DNA of 64,000 bases from Longimicrobiales bacterium. GTDB lineage: Bacteria > Gemmatimonadota > Gemmatimonadetes > Longimicrobiales > Gaopeijiaceae. A model generated the notes under the pieces. The model saw only the letters and a program-made list of their open reading frames with translations. It did no database searches and was not told the origin of the DNA. The stretch lies in contig CBDCNQ010000005.1 in assembly GCA_965219445.1 (NCBI GenBank), positions 1,376,001 through 1,440,000 on the forward strand. The letters run 5' to 3'. The translations under genes and the position numbers were made by a program. Each line of letters starts with the position of its first letter. Position 1 is the stretch's first letter. This document shows, in pieces, positions 38,048-48,336 of the stretch.

Positions 38048-40117
38048 ATGGAACGCGACAACTCTTCGCGATCTCGCCGTCCCTTCCCCTTCTTCTTGCT
38101 CACCATAGCCTTCGGCATGATTCTCTCGGCACCGATCCCGAGTATGGCCCAGGGGCCGGGAACGGCGAACGGTGAGTGGACCTTCCTCGGCGGGGATTCA
38201 TGGCACACGCGCTACGCGCCCGCGGCCGAGATCAACGCCTCCAATTTCGAGGACCTCGAAGTCGTGTGGAGGTGGGACGCGTCCAGCTTCGGGCCTAGCA
38301 CCCCACGTGCGACCCCGTCTTACATCGACGGGAAGCTCATTACGGTCACGGGTGACCGTCGCCACGTGGTTGCCCTCGATCCTTCCACTGGCGAGCTCCT
38401 TTGGAGCTTCACCGAGCCAAACACGCCCCGCTTCGAGTACTCCATGCGGGCGGGCTACGGCAAGGGGATAGCTTACGGTGAGATCGACGGGAGAGGCGTC
38501 GTGTACATCTCGACCCCTGCCTTCTTCCTTCATGCGCTGGACGCAGAGACTGGTGAGCCGCTCGCCAACTGGGGCGAGGCCGTGCCGATCGAGGGGTTCC
38601 CGCCCTCGGGCAGCGTGGACCTCGTCGCGGACCTGATCGAGGACTGGGGCCCGTGGGAGAATTTGAACCAACCCTACGATCCCGAGCAGGGGATTCCGTT
38701 GGAGATCGGCTACATCACGAGCTCGTCACCCCCGATCGTGGTCAACGATGTGGTGATTGTCGGTAACTCGGCCGAGCAGGGCTACACCCAGACACGTGTG
38801 GAGATGGTCCCGGGCGACATCATGGCGTACGACGCTCGCACTGGAGCGTTCAAGTGGAAGTTCCACGTCGTCCCGCGCCCGGGCGAGTTCGGGCACGAGA
38901 CGTGGGAGAACGACGCGTGGGAATGGACGGGCGACATCTCGTCTTGGGCGCCGATGTCGGCCGATCCAGAGCTGGGCATCGTCTACATCCCGACGAACAC
39001 GGTCACTATCGACTACTACGGTGGCCATCACCCCGGGGACAACCTCTACAGCACCAGCCTCATCGCCCTCGACGTGGAGACGGGCGAACGAAAGTGGCAC
39101 TTTCAGCTGGTCCATCACGACATCTGGAACTACGACACGTCCGCGGCGCCGATTTTGATGGATGTCACCGTTGATGGCGAGCAGATCCCGGGGGTGTTCC
39201 AGGCCACCAAGCAGGGCATCCTCTACCCGTTCAACAGGGAAACGGGCGAGCCGATCTGGCCAATCGAGGAGCTCCCGGTGCCGATGTCGACGGTGCCCGG
39301 TGAGCAGGTGGCGACCACCCAGCCGTTCCCGACCAGGCCGGCGCCGTTCGAGTTCCTGGGCCGCACCGAGGACCACCTCATCGACTATACACCCGAAGTT
39401 CGACGAAGGGCGCTGGAGGTCGCGCTGGACGGCGACCTGTTCGTGCCCATGTTCAACCCGCCCACATATGTGGGCGATCCGGAGGGGTCTGGACGGATCT
39501 GTCCCTCGGCTGGCGGTGGCGTGAACATCAGCGGCGCGCCGGTGGGGGATCCGGTGGCGGGCGTGATGTTCATCTCGTCAGTCAACTCGTGCGGCAACCT
39601 TTTGGTCGCCCCCGCAATCAACTCACCGCTCGACGGCCCCGATCAGACGGGGGTCACCCACTCCGCCTTCTCGGCAGCCCAGGGCGTAGGGGGTCGACCA
39701 CCCGTAGAGGACATCGATGGTCTTCCGATCTGGAAGGGCGCCGCGGGCAAAATCAGCGCGGTCGACCTGAACACCGGTGAGTACCTGTGGGTGATCCCGA
39801 ACGGGGATGCACCACAAGAGCAACAGGATTTGATCCGGAATCACCCGCTGCTTCAGGGTGTCGATGACGTGATGACGAACCACGGCCGGCGCGGCCGCGC
39901 GGCTATGGTTGCGACGTCAACGCTACTCTTGGCTTCCGGCCAAACTGCGGACGGCACCTGGAACCTTTTTGCCATCGACAAGAGGACCGGCGAGCGGGTC
40001 GGGGCGGTGGAGATCCCTGGACCCACCCGGTACGGCATGTCCAGCTGGGTGCACGAAGGTAAGCAGTATGTGATCATCCAGTTGGGGGACGGGCTGGCGG
40101 CGATGGCGCTGCCCTAA
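38048..40117 (+). CDS. PQQ-dependent dehydrogenase (quinoprotein glucose dehydrogenase-like)
   Basis: AAGGAG RBS, signal peptide, PQQ propeller repeats, [14 protein letters not shown]. Confidence 0.9.
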   Translation: MERDNSSRSRRPFPFFLLTIAFGMILSAPIPSMAQGPGTANGEWTFLGGDSWHTRYAPAAEINASNFEDLEVVWRWDASSFGPSTPRATPSYIDGKLITVTGDRRHVVALDPSTGELLWSFTEPNTPRFEYSMRAGYGKGIAYGEIDGRGVVYISTPAFFLHALDAETGEPLANWGEAVPIEGFPPSGSVDLVADLIEDWGPWENLNQPYDPEQGIPLEIGYITSSSPPIVVNDVVIVGNSAEQGYTQTRVEMVPGDIMAYDARTGAFKWKFHVVPRPGEFGHETWENDAWEWTGDISSWAPMSADPELGIVYIPTNTVTIDYYGGHHPGDNLYSTSLIALDVETGERKWHFQLVHHDIWNYDTSAAPILMDVTVDGEQIPGVFQATKQGILYPFNRETGEPIWPIEELPVPMSTVPGEQVATTQPFPTRPAPFEFLGRTEDHLIDYTPEVRRRALEVALDGDLFVPMFNPPTYVGDPEGSGRICPSAGGGVNISGAPVGDPVAGVMFISSVNSCGNLLVAPAINSPLDGPDQTGVTHSAFSAAQGVGGRPPVEDIDGLPIWKGAAGKISAVDLNTGEYLWVIPNGDAPQEQQDLIRNHPLLQGVDDVMTNHGRRGRAAMVATSTLLLASGQTADGTWNLFAIDKRTGERVGAVEIPGPTRYGMSSWVHEGKQYVIIQLGDGLAAMALP

Positions 40118-40148
40118 CACACTAGGCAGATCTCTCTACACGGATCTA

Positions 40149-40186
40149 CAGAGGCCCCGGGGGACTGGATTCCTCCGGGGCTTCTT
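40149..40186. terminator. Hairpin terminator between convergent genes
   Basis: AGAGGCCCCGG...CCGGGGCTTCT stem. Confidence 0.6.
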
Positions 40187-40189
40187 TGC

Positions 40190-41518
40190 CTACCTCCGGC
40201 CCGGGAACCGGTTGTTCACGACGTTGTTGAAGATCGAACCAAACTGGTACGAGATTCTAAAATCCAACGACAGCTCGAAGTCGGTCTGCTGCGTTTGCAG
40301 TTCCAGCAGCCTCTCTTCGTCGGTCAAGTCCTCCCCGGACAAGAAAATCTGGTCGGCTACCTTCGAGTACCGAGCACCCACCTCCAGGTCGAACCCACGT
40401 GTGATCCGGAACTCCACGTCCCCACGCAGAGACACGTTGTACAGCTCCGCATCGTGAAGGTAGGTCGATCCCAACAGTCGGATGGATGCCTCACCCCAGG
40501 CTTGTCGTTGCGAGAGGGCCAGCGTAAGCGCCTGTTGGCCGCGGAGCTCCTCGTTTCTTCCAAGAAGGGTTTCCTCGAGGTAATCTCGGTACACTGGACC
40601 GATTTCGTAGAATGCAGTCAGTGAGCGACGGGTGGCCTCCTCGTACGGGAAAAAGCTGTACTCGATCGCCGGGTTCACCTGCCACCAGAACCTCTGGTTA
40701 CGGCTCGTGTTGCGGCCGACATTGGACCGGACTCCGATCGACATATGTTGGGCGAGGGCGTAGACCACCCGCGTGTTGAAGCCCCAGTCGTACCGGTCGT
40801 CGACGAACCGAGAGCCGTCACTGAGTTCGAACTCTTGCCTTCTGTTGTCGAAGCGTCCGCTGTAGCTTTGCATCCAGGTGGGCGACACCCGAGAGGCGTT
40901 GAATCCGACTCCGAGCTCCCGGCTCTCCTGTTTCGACTCCGCGTCGAATTCCCCGCTCGCGTTTGCACGGAAGACCCAGAGGTCCCAGGGGTCCTGCACC
41001 TGGTCGGCCGAGACGACCCCCAGTTGTGCGGCAGTATCCGCTGCGTCCCCTCCGCCGGCCGGGCCAATACCGCCGACCTGAACGATGTTCCGGAATCCGG
41101 ACTCCGTCGCGAACGCTGCAAGGCCGAGACCCAACGTGAGCGCCACACCGTCGAGCTGCTCCCTCTCCGTGTCGGTGGGGAGCGACTGGAAAATGCTCCG
41201 GGCCTCATAGTCCTGATACGCCCCCCGTCCCGTGAAGTCGAGCAGGTACTCCCGCCCGCCCGCTCCGGTCTGTTGGCTTGTCATGATCACATGGACGTGA
41301 GCGTCCTCCTGATCTCGGACCCACGTCACCCAGGTGATCTCGGTACGGTAGTAAGTGAAATTGCATTGGCGACCACGGCAGTCGAAAAACACCCGAGGAA
41401 CCGTGGCAGCGGCCGCAGGGGGCGCCTCCTGCGCCTCCGCTGGAGCAGCCGAAAGCGTTAGGCCTGTAGTCAGGACCGCCAACGAGAAGAGCGACCGGCA
41501 TCCATCTTTGCGCTGCAT
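40190..41518 (-). CDS. Secreted or outer-membrane beta-barrel-like hypothetical protein
   Basis: Signal peptide; VFFDC..C N-domain; DPWDLWVF; C-terminal FGSIFNNVVNNRF. Confidence 0.75.
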   Translation of the reverse strand: MQRKDGCRSLFSLAVLTTGLTLSAAPAEAQEAPPAAAATVPRVFFDCRGRQCNFTYYRTEITWVTWVRDQEDAHVHVIMTSQQTGAGGREYLLDFTGRGAYQDYEARSIFQSLPTDTEREQLDGVALTLGLGLAAFATESGFRNIVQVGGIGPAGGGDAADTAAQLGVVSADQVQDPWDLWVFRANASGEFDAESKQESRELGVGFNASRVSPTWMQSYSGRFDNRRQEFELSDGSRFVDDRYDWGFNTRVVYALAQHMSIGVRSNVGRNTSRNQRFWWQVNPAIEYSFFPYEEATRRSLTAFYEIGPVYRDYLEETLLGRNEELRGQQALTLALSQRQAWGEASIRLLGSTYLHDAELYNVSLRGDVEFRITRGFDLEVGARYSKVADQIFLSGEDLTDEERLLELQTQQTDFELSLDFRISYQFGSIFNNVVNNRFPGRR

Positions 41519-41646
41519 CCACTATCCTTCGCTTGCGGGAGCCTTGGAAGCCGCGCGACTCCATGTATACTGTTTGACACTGAGGAGAAGAGGGTCGCTG
41601 AGAATCCCTCAGTGGGTACGCTGGAACCGCGCCGCCGGACGGCCCC

Positions 41647-42741
41647 TCATACCACGAGCAGGGCCTCCACGACCAGCCCGGGCCCAAAAGCCAGCGCCAC
41701 GCAGGGTAGCGCGGCGCCTCCCTTCCTAAGCCGCTCCAGAACGAAGAGTACAGTGGGGGACGACATGTTCCCATGGGCCCGAAGAACATCCCGGGACACA
41801 TCCAGCGTGCCGTTCTCCAGGGCCACCGCGTCCTCCACCGCCTCCAAGACCCGCGGCCCACCGGGATGCACGGCCCAACTCCCCACGTCCTCCACACGGA
41901 GACCCTGCTGATGGAGCCAGCCCCCGAGCCAGTCGCCGAGATTCTTCCGGATCAGCTCAGGGACCTCAGCCGAGAGCGTCATGCGGAAGCCGTGGTCGCT
42001 GATGCGCCAGGACATGGCGTCGCCGGAATTGGGCATGAGGAAGGTCCCCTGGGCCTGCACGCTCCACCCGGAGATCTCGCCATTCTGCGCCGGCACCCCA
42101 ACCACGGCCGCCGCCCCGTCCGCGAACAGGGTGTTGGACACCAACATCTCCGAGTTCCACCCGTATGCGAAGTGAAGGCTGCACAACTCGACCGCGCAGA
42201 GGAGGATCCGTGCCTCCGCTTCCCCCGCCTGCGACGCCGCAACCCGCAACCCGTTGAGCGCCCCGTGGCACCCCATGAAACCGACGTGGGTGCGATGCAC
42301 CGTGCGCGGTAGGGCCAAAGCGTCGATGAGGGCGGCGTCGAGCCCGGGCGAGAAGAAGCCCGTGCACGACACAGTAACGAGATGGGTGATCGTATCCACG
42401 GGGGTGGACGCGTCCTCCAGGGCTCGCCGCGCGGCCGCCTCGGCCAGTGGCGGTGCTTCAGCTTCGTACCGGGCCATGCGCTGACCCGTGGTGGGGCCCC
42501 GATCTTCCGGCCCGCTGGCGGCTGGATAGAACGGAACCCGCTCCTGGAGCGTTCCGCCGTCAGCCCGCACCACTACGGTGTTGCGGGTCTCCACTCCGGA
42601 CCGGCCGTAGAGCATGCCGAGCGCGCGGGCCTGCCTGGCATTGGCTCCACAGAAGGCGCCGCTGAACTCGGCGGCGTCGGTCTGCTTCAGTACCCAGGGC
42701 GGGACGGCTGTGCCCAGGCCTGCCAGGTGGAGCTTCACCAT
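41647..42741 (-). CDS. Type III polyketide synthase
   Basis: Cys-His-Asn triad: GFMGCHG, AVHPGG, HGNMSS; AFGPGL. Confidence 0.95.
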   Translation of the reverse strand: MVKLHLAGLGTAVPPWVLKQTDAAEFSGAFCGANARQARALGMLYGRSGVETRNTVVVRADGGTLQERVPFYPAASGPEDRGPTTGQRMARYEAEAPPLAEAAARRALEDASTPVDTITHLVTVSCTGFFSPGLDAALIDALALPRTVHRTHVGFMGCHGALNGLRVAASQAGEAEARILLCAVELCSLHFAYGWNSEMLVSNTLFADGAAAVVGVPAQNGEISGWSVQAQGTFLMPNSGDAMSWRISDHGFRMTLSAEVPELIRKNLGDWLGGWLHQQGLRVEDVGSWAVHPGGPRVLEAVEDAVALENGTLDVSRDVLRAHGNMSSPTVLFVLERLRKGGAALPCVALAFGPGLVVEALLVV

Positions 42742-43919
42742 GGACTACCTCCTCGAAGGGACGGTACCGCCGACGTGTGGTTCACCAGGGGACGGGCCAT
42801 ACCAGGCACCGCGCCCAACGCGCGTAGCGCCATCTGTGCCATCCAGGGTCGCCGAAGGCCCCAGGCCACCATGCCGCAGACCCGCTGGCCCCGTCGAACT
42901 CGGCGGCGGTACACGTGACACCAGCGGAGCACCAATGCCGGGTCCCAGCGTGCCACTCCGTCGCACACCAGGGGCACAAGTGCCAGCGCTCCCCACAGCG
43001 CCCATGCCATGCCCTCGCCGGTGAATGGCTCTACGTATCCAGCCGCGTCGCCCACCAGAAGGAGACGCTCCGCTCCCAGCGAAGAGACCCGTCGCGTGAG
43101 GGGTGGCGTGCCCTTCCATCCGCGGTGGACACTCTCCGGGAGGCCCGGCATACCGGCCGACTTCAGGTGGGCTCGCACGGCATGCTCCGGTGATCCGTGG
43201 TGACGCATCCATTCGGCGTCGAAGGCGGCGGCTACGTTGAGGCGATGATCCTCCTGGCGCACCAGTCCCACGTATCCCGCGGGCCCGACTACCATGTGGA
43301 CTGCTCCGGGACCGTAGCCGGCGCCACCGTCCTCCAGCACCGCACCCACTCCCACACGGGAGCCCGCTCGAACCGTGGCCACCGGCGCGGGACCGGCCGC
43401 TGCCGCCGCGCGCAGGCCGTGAAGCCCGGCTGCGGCGACCACCATGCGGGCTCGAACGCTGTGCTCCTCGCCGTCACCCCGGACCGTGAGGCTCCGTTCG
43501 CCATCGCTGACCGGCCCCAATTCCGCGGAGACTCCGGCCGCGAAATCGACACCCTCCTCCACGGCGGCCCGGACCAGCGCGTGGTCTAGCGTCTCTCTGG
43601 ACAACGCCACAGAGCCGTGGAGGGCTACGGACGCGGTCCTCCCCCAGCCTGTCATCCGGAGCTCCCTTAGCCGTGGTGCCCGCACGTGCGCCACGAGCCC
43701 GTCCAGACCCGCTTGGGCCAGTGCCCCTTGCGCAGCCCCGTTCATGCAGGCCCCGCAGACCTTCCAGCGGGGGAAGGGCTGGCGCTCCAGAAGTAGAACC
43801 GCACACCCCTTCCGGGCGAGCTCCAGCGCTACCATGGCACCGGATGGCCCCGCGCCCACCACGGCCACGTCCCAGAGCCGCCCGTCCAGGCCGCTCACCG
43901 CTCGCAGGCCGTCGCTCAT
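42735..43919 (-). CDS. FAD-dependent oxidoreductase/monooxygenase
   Basis: VVGAGPSG, FPRWKVCG, VGDAAGYVEPFTGEGM. Confidence 0.9.
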   Translation of the reverse strand: MSDGLRAVSGLDGRLWDVAVVGAGPSGAMVALELARKGCAVLLLERQPFPRWKVCGACMNGAAQGALAQAGLDGLVAHVRAPRLRELRMTGWGRTASVALHGSVALSRETLDHALVRAAVEEGVDFAAGVSAELGPVSDGERSLTVRGDGEEHSVRARMVVAAAGLHGLRAAAAAGPAPVATVRAGSRVGVGAVLEDGGAGYGPGAVHMVVGPAGYVGLVRQEDHRLNVAAAFDAEWMRHHGSPEHAVRAHLKSAGMPGLPESVHRGWKGTPPLTRRVSSLGAERLLLVGDAAGYVEPFTGEGMAWALWGALALVPLVCDGVARWDPALVLRWCHVYRRRVRRGQRVCGMVAWGLRRPWMAQMALRALGAVPGMARPLVNHTSAVPSLRGGSPW

Positions 43920-44638
43920 GCCGCCCTCCATCTGAGGATGAACCGCTCGGGCCAGCCACGGCGGATGACCGCCCCCGTGAGCCCGGCCTCCTCGGCCATG
44001 GTCCGGACCTCCGGTAGGCTGAAGGCGGCTCGAACCGAAAGTGGGCCATCCACGCGGGCGACCTCCGACCGGGATAGCAACCGGAGTGCCGACCACGCGA
44101 GCGCGTATCCCCGGGTGCCCCGCAACAGATCCTGCACCAAGACGCAGTCGCCCGCCTCGGCCATGCCCCTCAGAACGTCCACGGCGTCTTCATCGGAAAG
44201 GTGGTGTTGGAAGAGAGACGAGCACACGAGGTCATACCCCCCTGGAAGGCCCTCCGAGAGAACATCCCTCTCGAGGAAGTTCGCGGCCAAGCCCCAACGC
44301 GCCACCCCACGGCGCGCATGTTCCAACGCAACGGGGCTCACGTCGCACCCGTGGACCTCAAGGGGAACGTCCGCTGACCGCGCCCGGCGGGCCACGTCCA
44401 ACATCACGTCTCCACCGCCACAGGCCACGTCCAGGAGCCGCAGCGGCTCGTCCCTCCCTCGAACGTCGCGCTCCCGGCTCAGGTGGAGGACGTCTTTCCA
44501 GACCCGTGCCGCTACCCCAGAGACGCGGTTCACCCGCGCCAGCGCCCGGAGTGCCTGGACGTGTAGCGCCGGATCCAGGTCCGGCGCGTCCATGAGCTCA
44601 GGCTCGCGATGGCGGTCGTGCAGGCTGGGCAATTTCAC
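43916..44638 (-). CDS. SAM-dependent methyltransferase
   Basis: ELMD, LLDVACGGGD, SLFQHHL, DGPLSVRAAF. Confidence 0.9.
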   Translation of the reverse strand: MKLPSLHDRHREPELMDAPDLDPALHVQALRALARVNRVSGVAARVWKDVLHLSRERDVRGRDEPLRLLDVACGGGDVMLDVARRARSADVPLEVHGCDVSPVALEHARRGVARWGLAANFLERDVLSEGLPGGYDLVCSSLFQHHLSDEDAVDVLRGMAEAGDCVLVQDLLRGTRGYALAWSALRLLSRSEVARVDGPLSVRAAFSLPEVRTMAEEAGLTGAVIRRGWPERFILRWRAA

Positions 44639-44816
44639 CAGGGCTGGGCGGATCGCCTTTTCGGGTGCGATCCATCGGCTCTCTCGGTCCCGAAAAACGT
44701 CAGCAGCGCGCGCTAGCTCAGCGTGGGGAGGGCGTCGGGGTGGAAGACGTCTCGATCAAAACTCCCGCTCGCCCCCCAGCTGAAGAGGGCGAGCGAGAGC
44801 CGATCAATGGTGCCGA

Positions 44817-45479
44817 TCAAAGGGCGAAGCAGTAGAACAGTCCATTCCCTCCCGTTCCGACGAGGTCCTGCTGGCTGCAGGCGCGGCTGAGGTGCACCGC
44901 ATTCCAAGACGAGTTCGCGCCACCGAGACGGTCGTGATGTCCGACCATCGCCCTGCCTTCCCCGTTACTCGTCCAGTTGTTGCACGTGGTAGTGTCTGCA
45001 CCGCCGAGGATCACACGACCGTGTGAATCCGAGCCCGTCAGGATGTCGTGCTGGTTGGGCTGATCACCCGCACCATTTACCTGATCGCCACGCTCATCGA
45101 CTGCGGTCGGCTTCCTGATGTTATTCCGGTCGCGCTCGAAGTCTCCGTGGAGGTCGGCGACGCTCGCAGCGATGATCTGACCATTTGCGTTGTACCAGGG
45201 TCCTTCACCAATTCGATCCCGTGCGTTCACCCCCAGCTGGCCCCCTCCCGACACTGTGCTGAGGTAGGCGCGCCAGGTTCGGTTCCCCGCACCCACCGCC
45301 ACCGCCAGGCTCTGACAGTGCTGGTCGGCCCCCTGGAGACCTCCCAGGTTCGCTCCGTCTCCTGGACCGACACTGGTGATGAAGAAGCCCATCGGCTGGT
45401 TCTGCCCGCTTACGGCAGAGGGAACCAGCAAGAACGTTGCCAAGGCCACTGCAGCGAGTACTTCGATCGATCGTTTCAT
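44817..45479 (-). CDS. Secreted endostatin/collagenase NC10-like (C-type lectin fold) protein
   Basis: GANLGGLQGADQHCQSLA, WRAYLS, HDILTGS, CNNWTS, FYCFA. Confidence 0.8.
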   Translation of the reverse strand: MKRSIEVLAAVALATFLLVPSAVSGQNQPMGFFITSVGPGDGANLGGLQGADQHCQSLAVAVGAGNRTWRAYLSTVSGGGQLGVNARDRIGEGPWYNANGQIIAASVADLHGDFERDRNNIRKPTAVDERGDQVNGAGDQPNQHDILTGSDSHGRVILGGADTTTCNNWTSNGEGRAMVGHHDRLGGANSSWNAVHLSRACSQQDLVGTGGNGLFYCFAL

Positions 45480-45685
45480 CTTCGTTCCTCTCTTCGGTGC
45501 GCGGGCATCCGTTGTTGACGCACGGACTAGGGACTCCATCGAGTTCGTGGTTCGTGAGCCGGAAATGATAGAGGGCGCCTGGCCGCCTTGGCAACTCTCA
45601 GTTCGTGAAGTGGTGACGTGCCGGTAGCGTACATGTTGTTCTCGGCATACTGTCGATCGCGAATTCTAAGGCTTGAGGAGGGGGT

Positions 45686-46340
45686 ATGACCGAGAGGCGG
45701 GTAGCCGGAGTGGTCCTGGCCGGGCGCCGCTTCCTTGCACAGCGGCCCGTCGTCGTCGTGGTCGTGCTGTTCTTCGCTGCCGTTGCCGCGACCCTCGCCC
45801 ATGTCCAGGGGCTTCAGTCCCACCTCGTGAGTACGCAAGCGTTACAGAACGCCGAGCTACTGACACAGGCCGTGGCCGAGTTCCGAACGGTCTACACCTC
45901 GGAGGTGGTGGAGCGCATCCGGCCCAGCGGCATCGAGATAACGCACGACTATCTCCTTCGGGAAGGTGCCGCCCCGCTTCCGGTGACGCTGAGCATGATC
46001 CTTGGGAACAGGATGGGGGCGCCCGGGTCCGGTGTGGAGGCGTCCGGCCTGTGTCGATTGTCATAACACGCACCCCGACAGCCCGAAGGTCGACTGGAGC
46101 GTAGGAGATGTCCGCGGTGTCCTCGAGGTGATCACCCCTCTCGACGCCCCTCTCGAGGCCACACGCTCGGGCCTCGTCGATACGGCGGTCTTGATGTTGG
46201 TCCTGGCTGGGATCGGTGTGGCGGTCTTCGGCCTGTTGCTGAGCGACCTTCAGGAGGCAACACAGGAAGCCGCCTCCTTGAAAGAGGAGAGCCGTCGAGC
46301 GCACGAGCAAGAGGCGGAGGAGAAGAGCGAGCACCCCTGA
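45686..46340 (+). pseudogene. DUF3365/Tll0287-like heme c sensor domain protein with internal deletion and frameshift
   Basis: EFRTVYTSEVV...PLPVTL in one frame; CVDCHNTHPDSPKVDWSVGDVRGVLEV in another after about 46042; middle of the domain missing. Confidence 0.8.
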
Positions 46341-46440
46341 GCCTAGATCTTCATGTTGACCGCTCTGGTCGTGCGCCTCACGTTATGCCGACCCGTCAAC
46401 AGGCCTTTTGTTTTACCTATTCTTTGAACCCCACGACGCG

Positions 46441-46569
46441 ATGCCGGAAGAGATCCCCAGCGATGGCTCCGACAGCTCCCGATTCCGCACGACGCTCATC
46501 CGGGTGATCATCGTTCAGCTCGTCGCGCTCGGCCTGTTACTGCTGCTGCAGCTCCGCTACCAACCATGA
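46441..46569 (+). CDS. Small single-TM protein upstream of the symporter
   Basis: MPEEIPSDGSDSSRFRTTLIRVIIVQLVALGLLLLLQLRYQP (42 aa, below the ORF-track cutoff). Confidence 0.55.
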   Translation: MPEEIPSDGSDSSRFRTTLIRVIIVQLVALGLLLLLQLRYQP

Positions 46570-46651
46570 CCGGTGCTCCACCGGGTCTCCGCTGGGCGAT
46601 CTTCGCTCAGGCGAGCTACCAACAATACCCGAAACCCGGGTATTGAGCTGA

Positions 46652-48313
46652 ATGCACTGGATCAACTGGCTGATCGTCGTCGTCTACGTGGTTTGGGTAG
46701 TCGTCGACGGCATCCGGAGGTCGAAGGATACCGACACGGTCTCGGGCTACTTCCTCGCCAACAAGAGCCTGTCGTGGTGGGTCGTGGGCCTCTCGGTGAT
46801 GGCGACACAGCTCTCGGCAGTCACGATGATCGGCACGCCGGGTCAGGGCGCCACGGACGGCATGCGCTTCATCCAGCTGTACCTGGGGCTCCCGCTTGCG
46901 ATGGTGATCCTCGGCGTGACGATCGTCCCGCTGCTGCACGGGTCGGGCGTCTATACCGCCTACGAGTATCTGGAGCGCCGCTTCGACGCGAGGACGCGCG
47001 CGCTGACCTCGTTCCTCTTTCTGATCTCTCGGGGGCTCTCGGCCGGGGTCATCATGGCGGCTCCGGGGGTCGTCTTCAGCGCGGTCTTCGGGATCCCCCT
47101 CGTGTGGGCGGTGGCCCTCATCGGCGTCCCCACGGTGATCTACACGGTGATCGGCGGGGTTCAGGCCGTCGCGTGGGCCGACGTGAAGCAGATGCTCCTG
47201 ATCGTCATCGCGCTCGTCGCGATCATGATCGTGCTGATCGTCCAGATGCCCGTCAATCCCGACGAAGCGCTCAGGATCGCCGGGGCGACCGGCCGGCTGA
47301 GAGTGTTCGACTTCTCGTTCGACCTGAGCGAGCGGTACACATTCTGGTCGGGCGTGATCGGCGGGACGTTCCTGATGTTGTCGTACTTCGGGACCGACCA
47401 GAGCCAGGTGCAGCGCTATCTCGCGGCCAAGTCCGTCGGTGAGGCGAGGAGCTCGCTGCTCATGAGCGCCTACTGGAAGATCCCGCTACAGGCGCTCGTG
47501 CTCATGGTGGGGGTCGGGGTCTTCGTCTACTACCAGTTCGTGCGTCCGCCCCTACTCTACAACCCTGCGCAGGAGGCCGCGGTGGTCGCCGAGCGAGGCG
47601 CCGCGTACGACGCGCTTCAGAGTGATTACGCCGAGGCGTTCACGCTTCGGGAGACGGCGGCGCAGGCGGTCGCGGATGCGCAAGGCGACGATGACACCAC
47701 GGCGATGGAGGCGTTCGTCGCCCGGGAGGCCGACATCCAGACGATCCGCGGCGAGGCGCTCGCGATGGTCGAAGACGTCACCGGCGAGGCCTCGGGGGAC
47801 ACCAACTACATCTTCCCACGTTTCGTGTTGTCCGAGCTTCCGATCGGGCTCGCGGGGCTCTTCATCGCGGGCGTCTTCGCCGCGGCGATGTCGAGCATCG
47901 CCGCCGAGCTCAACGCGCTCTCGACCGCATCAGTCATCGACTTCTATAGGCGGTGGATGAATCCCGACGCCGACGACGCACACTACCTCTCGGTGTCGAA
48001 GGGCGCGACCGCGTTTTGGGGGGTGTTCGCGTGTGTGGTCGCCACGTACGCGGCGACGCTTGGCTCGCTGATCGAGGTCGTGAACCGCTTCGGATCGTTC
48101 TTCTACGGCTCGATCTTGGGTGTCTTCCTTCTGGCGATGGTGCCCAGAGCCAAGGCGCGCGGGGCGTTTTACGGGCTGATCATCGGGATGGCGACCGTGG
48201 GCTTCGTCGCCTTCGGCACCACGATCGAGTACCTCTGGCAGAACGTCATCGGTGCGGTGGTGGTGCTACTTGTCGGTGTGCCGCTGAGCGGGAGCGGGAG
48301 TGTGGAGGCCTAG
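46652..48313 (+). CDS. Sodium:solute symporter (SSS family)
   Basis: YFLA, SVMATQLSA, YEYLERRF, GTDQSQVQRYL, AAMSS. Confidence 0.93.
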   Translation: MHWINWLIVVVYVVWVVVDGIRRSKDTDTVSGYFLANKSLSWWVVGLSVMATQLSAVTMIGTPGQGATDGMRFIQLYLGLPLAMVILGVTIVPLLHGSGVYTAYEYLERRFDARTRALTSFLFLISRGLSAGVIMAAPGVVFSAVFGIPLVWAVALIGVPTVIYTVIGGVQAVAWADVKQMLLIVIALVAIMIVLIVQMPVNPDEALRIAGATGRLRVFDFSFDLSERYTFWSGVIGGTFLMLSYFGTDQSQVQRYLAAKSVGEARSSLLMSAYWKIPLQALVLMVGVGVFVYYQFVRPPLLYNPAQEAAVVAERGAAYDALQSDYAEAFTLRETAAQAVADAQGDDDTTAMEAFVAREADIQTIRGEALAMVEDVTGEASGDTNYIFPRFVLSELPIGLAGLFIAGVFAAAMSSIAAELNALSTASVIDFYRRWMNPDADDAHYLSVSKGATAFWGVFACVVATYAATLGSLIEVVNRFGSFFYGSILGVFLLAMVPRAKARGAFYGLIIGMATVGFVAFGTTIEYLWQNVIGAVVVLLVGVPLSGSGSVEA

Positions 48314-48336
48314 CCGACCTCCGTGCCACTCATCCG

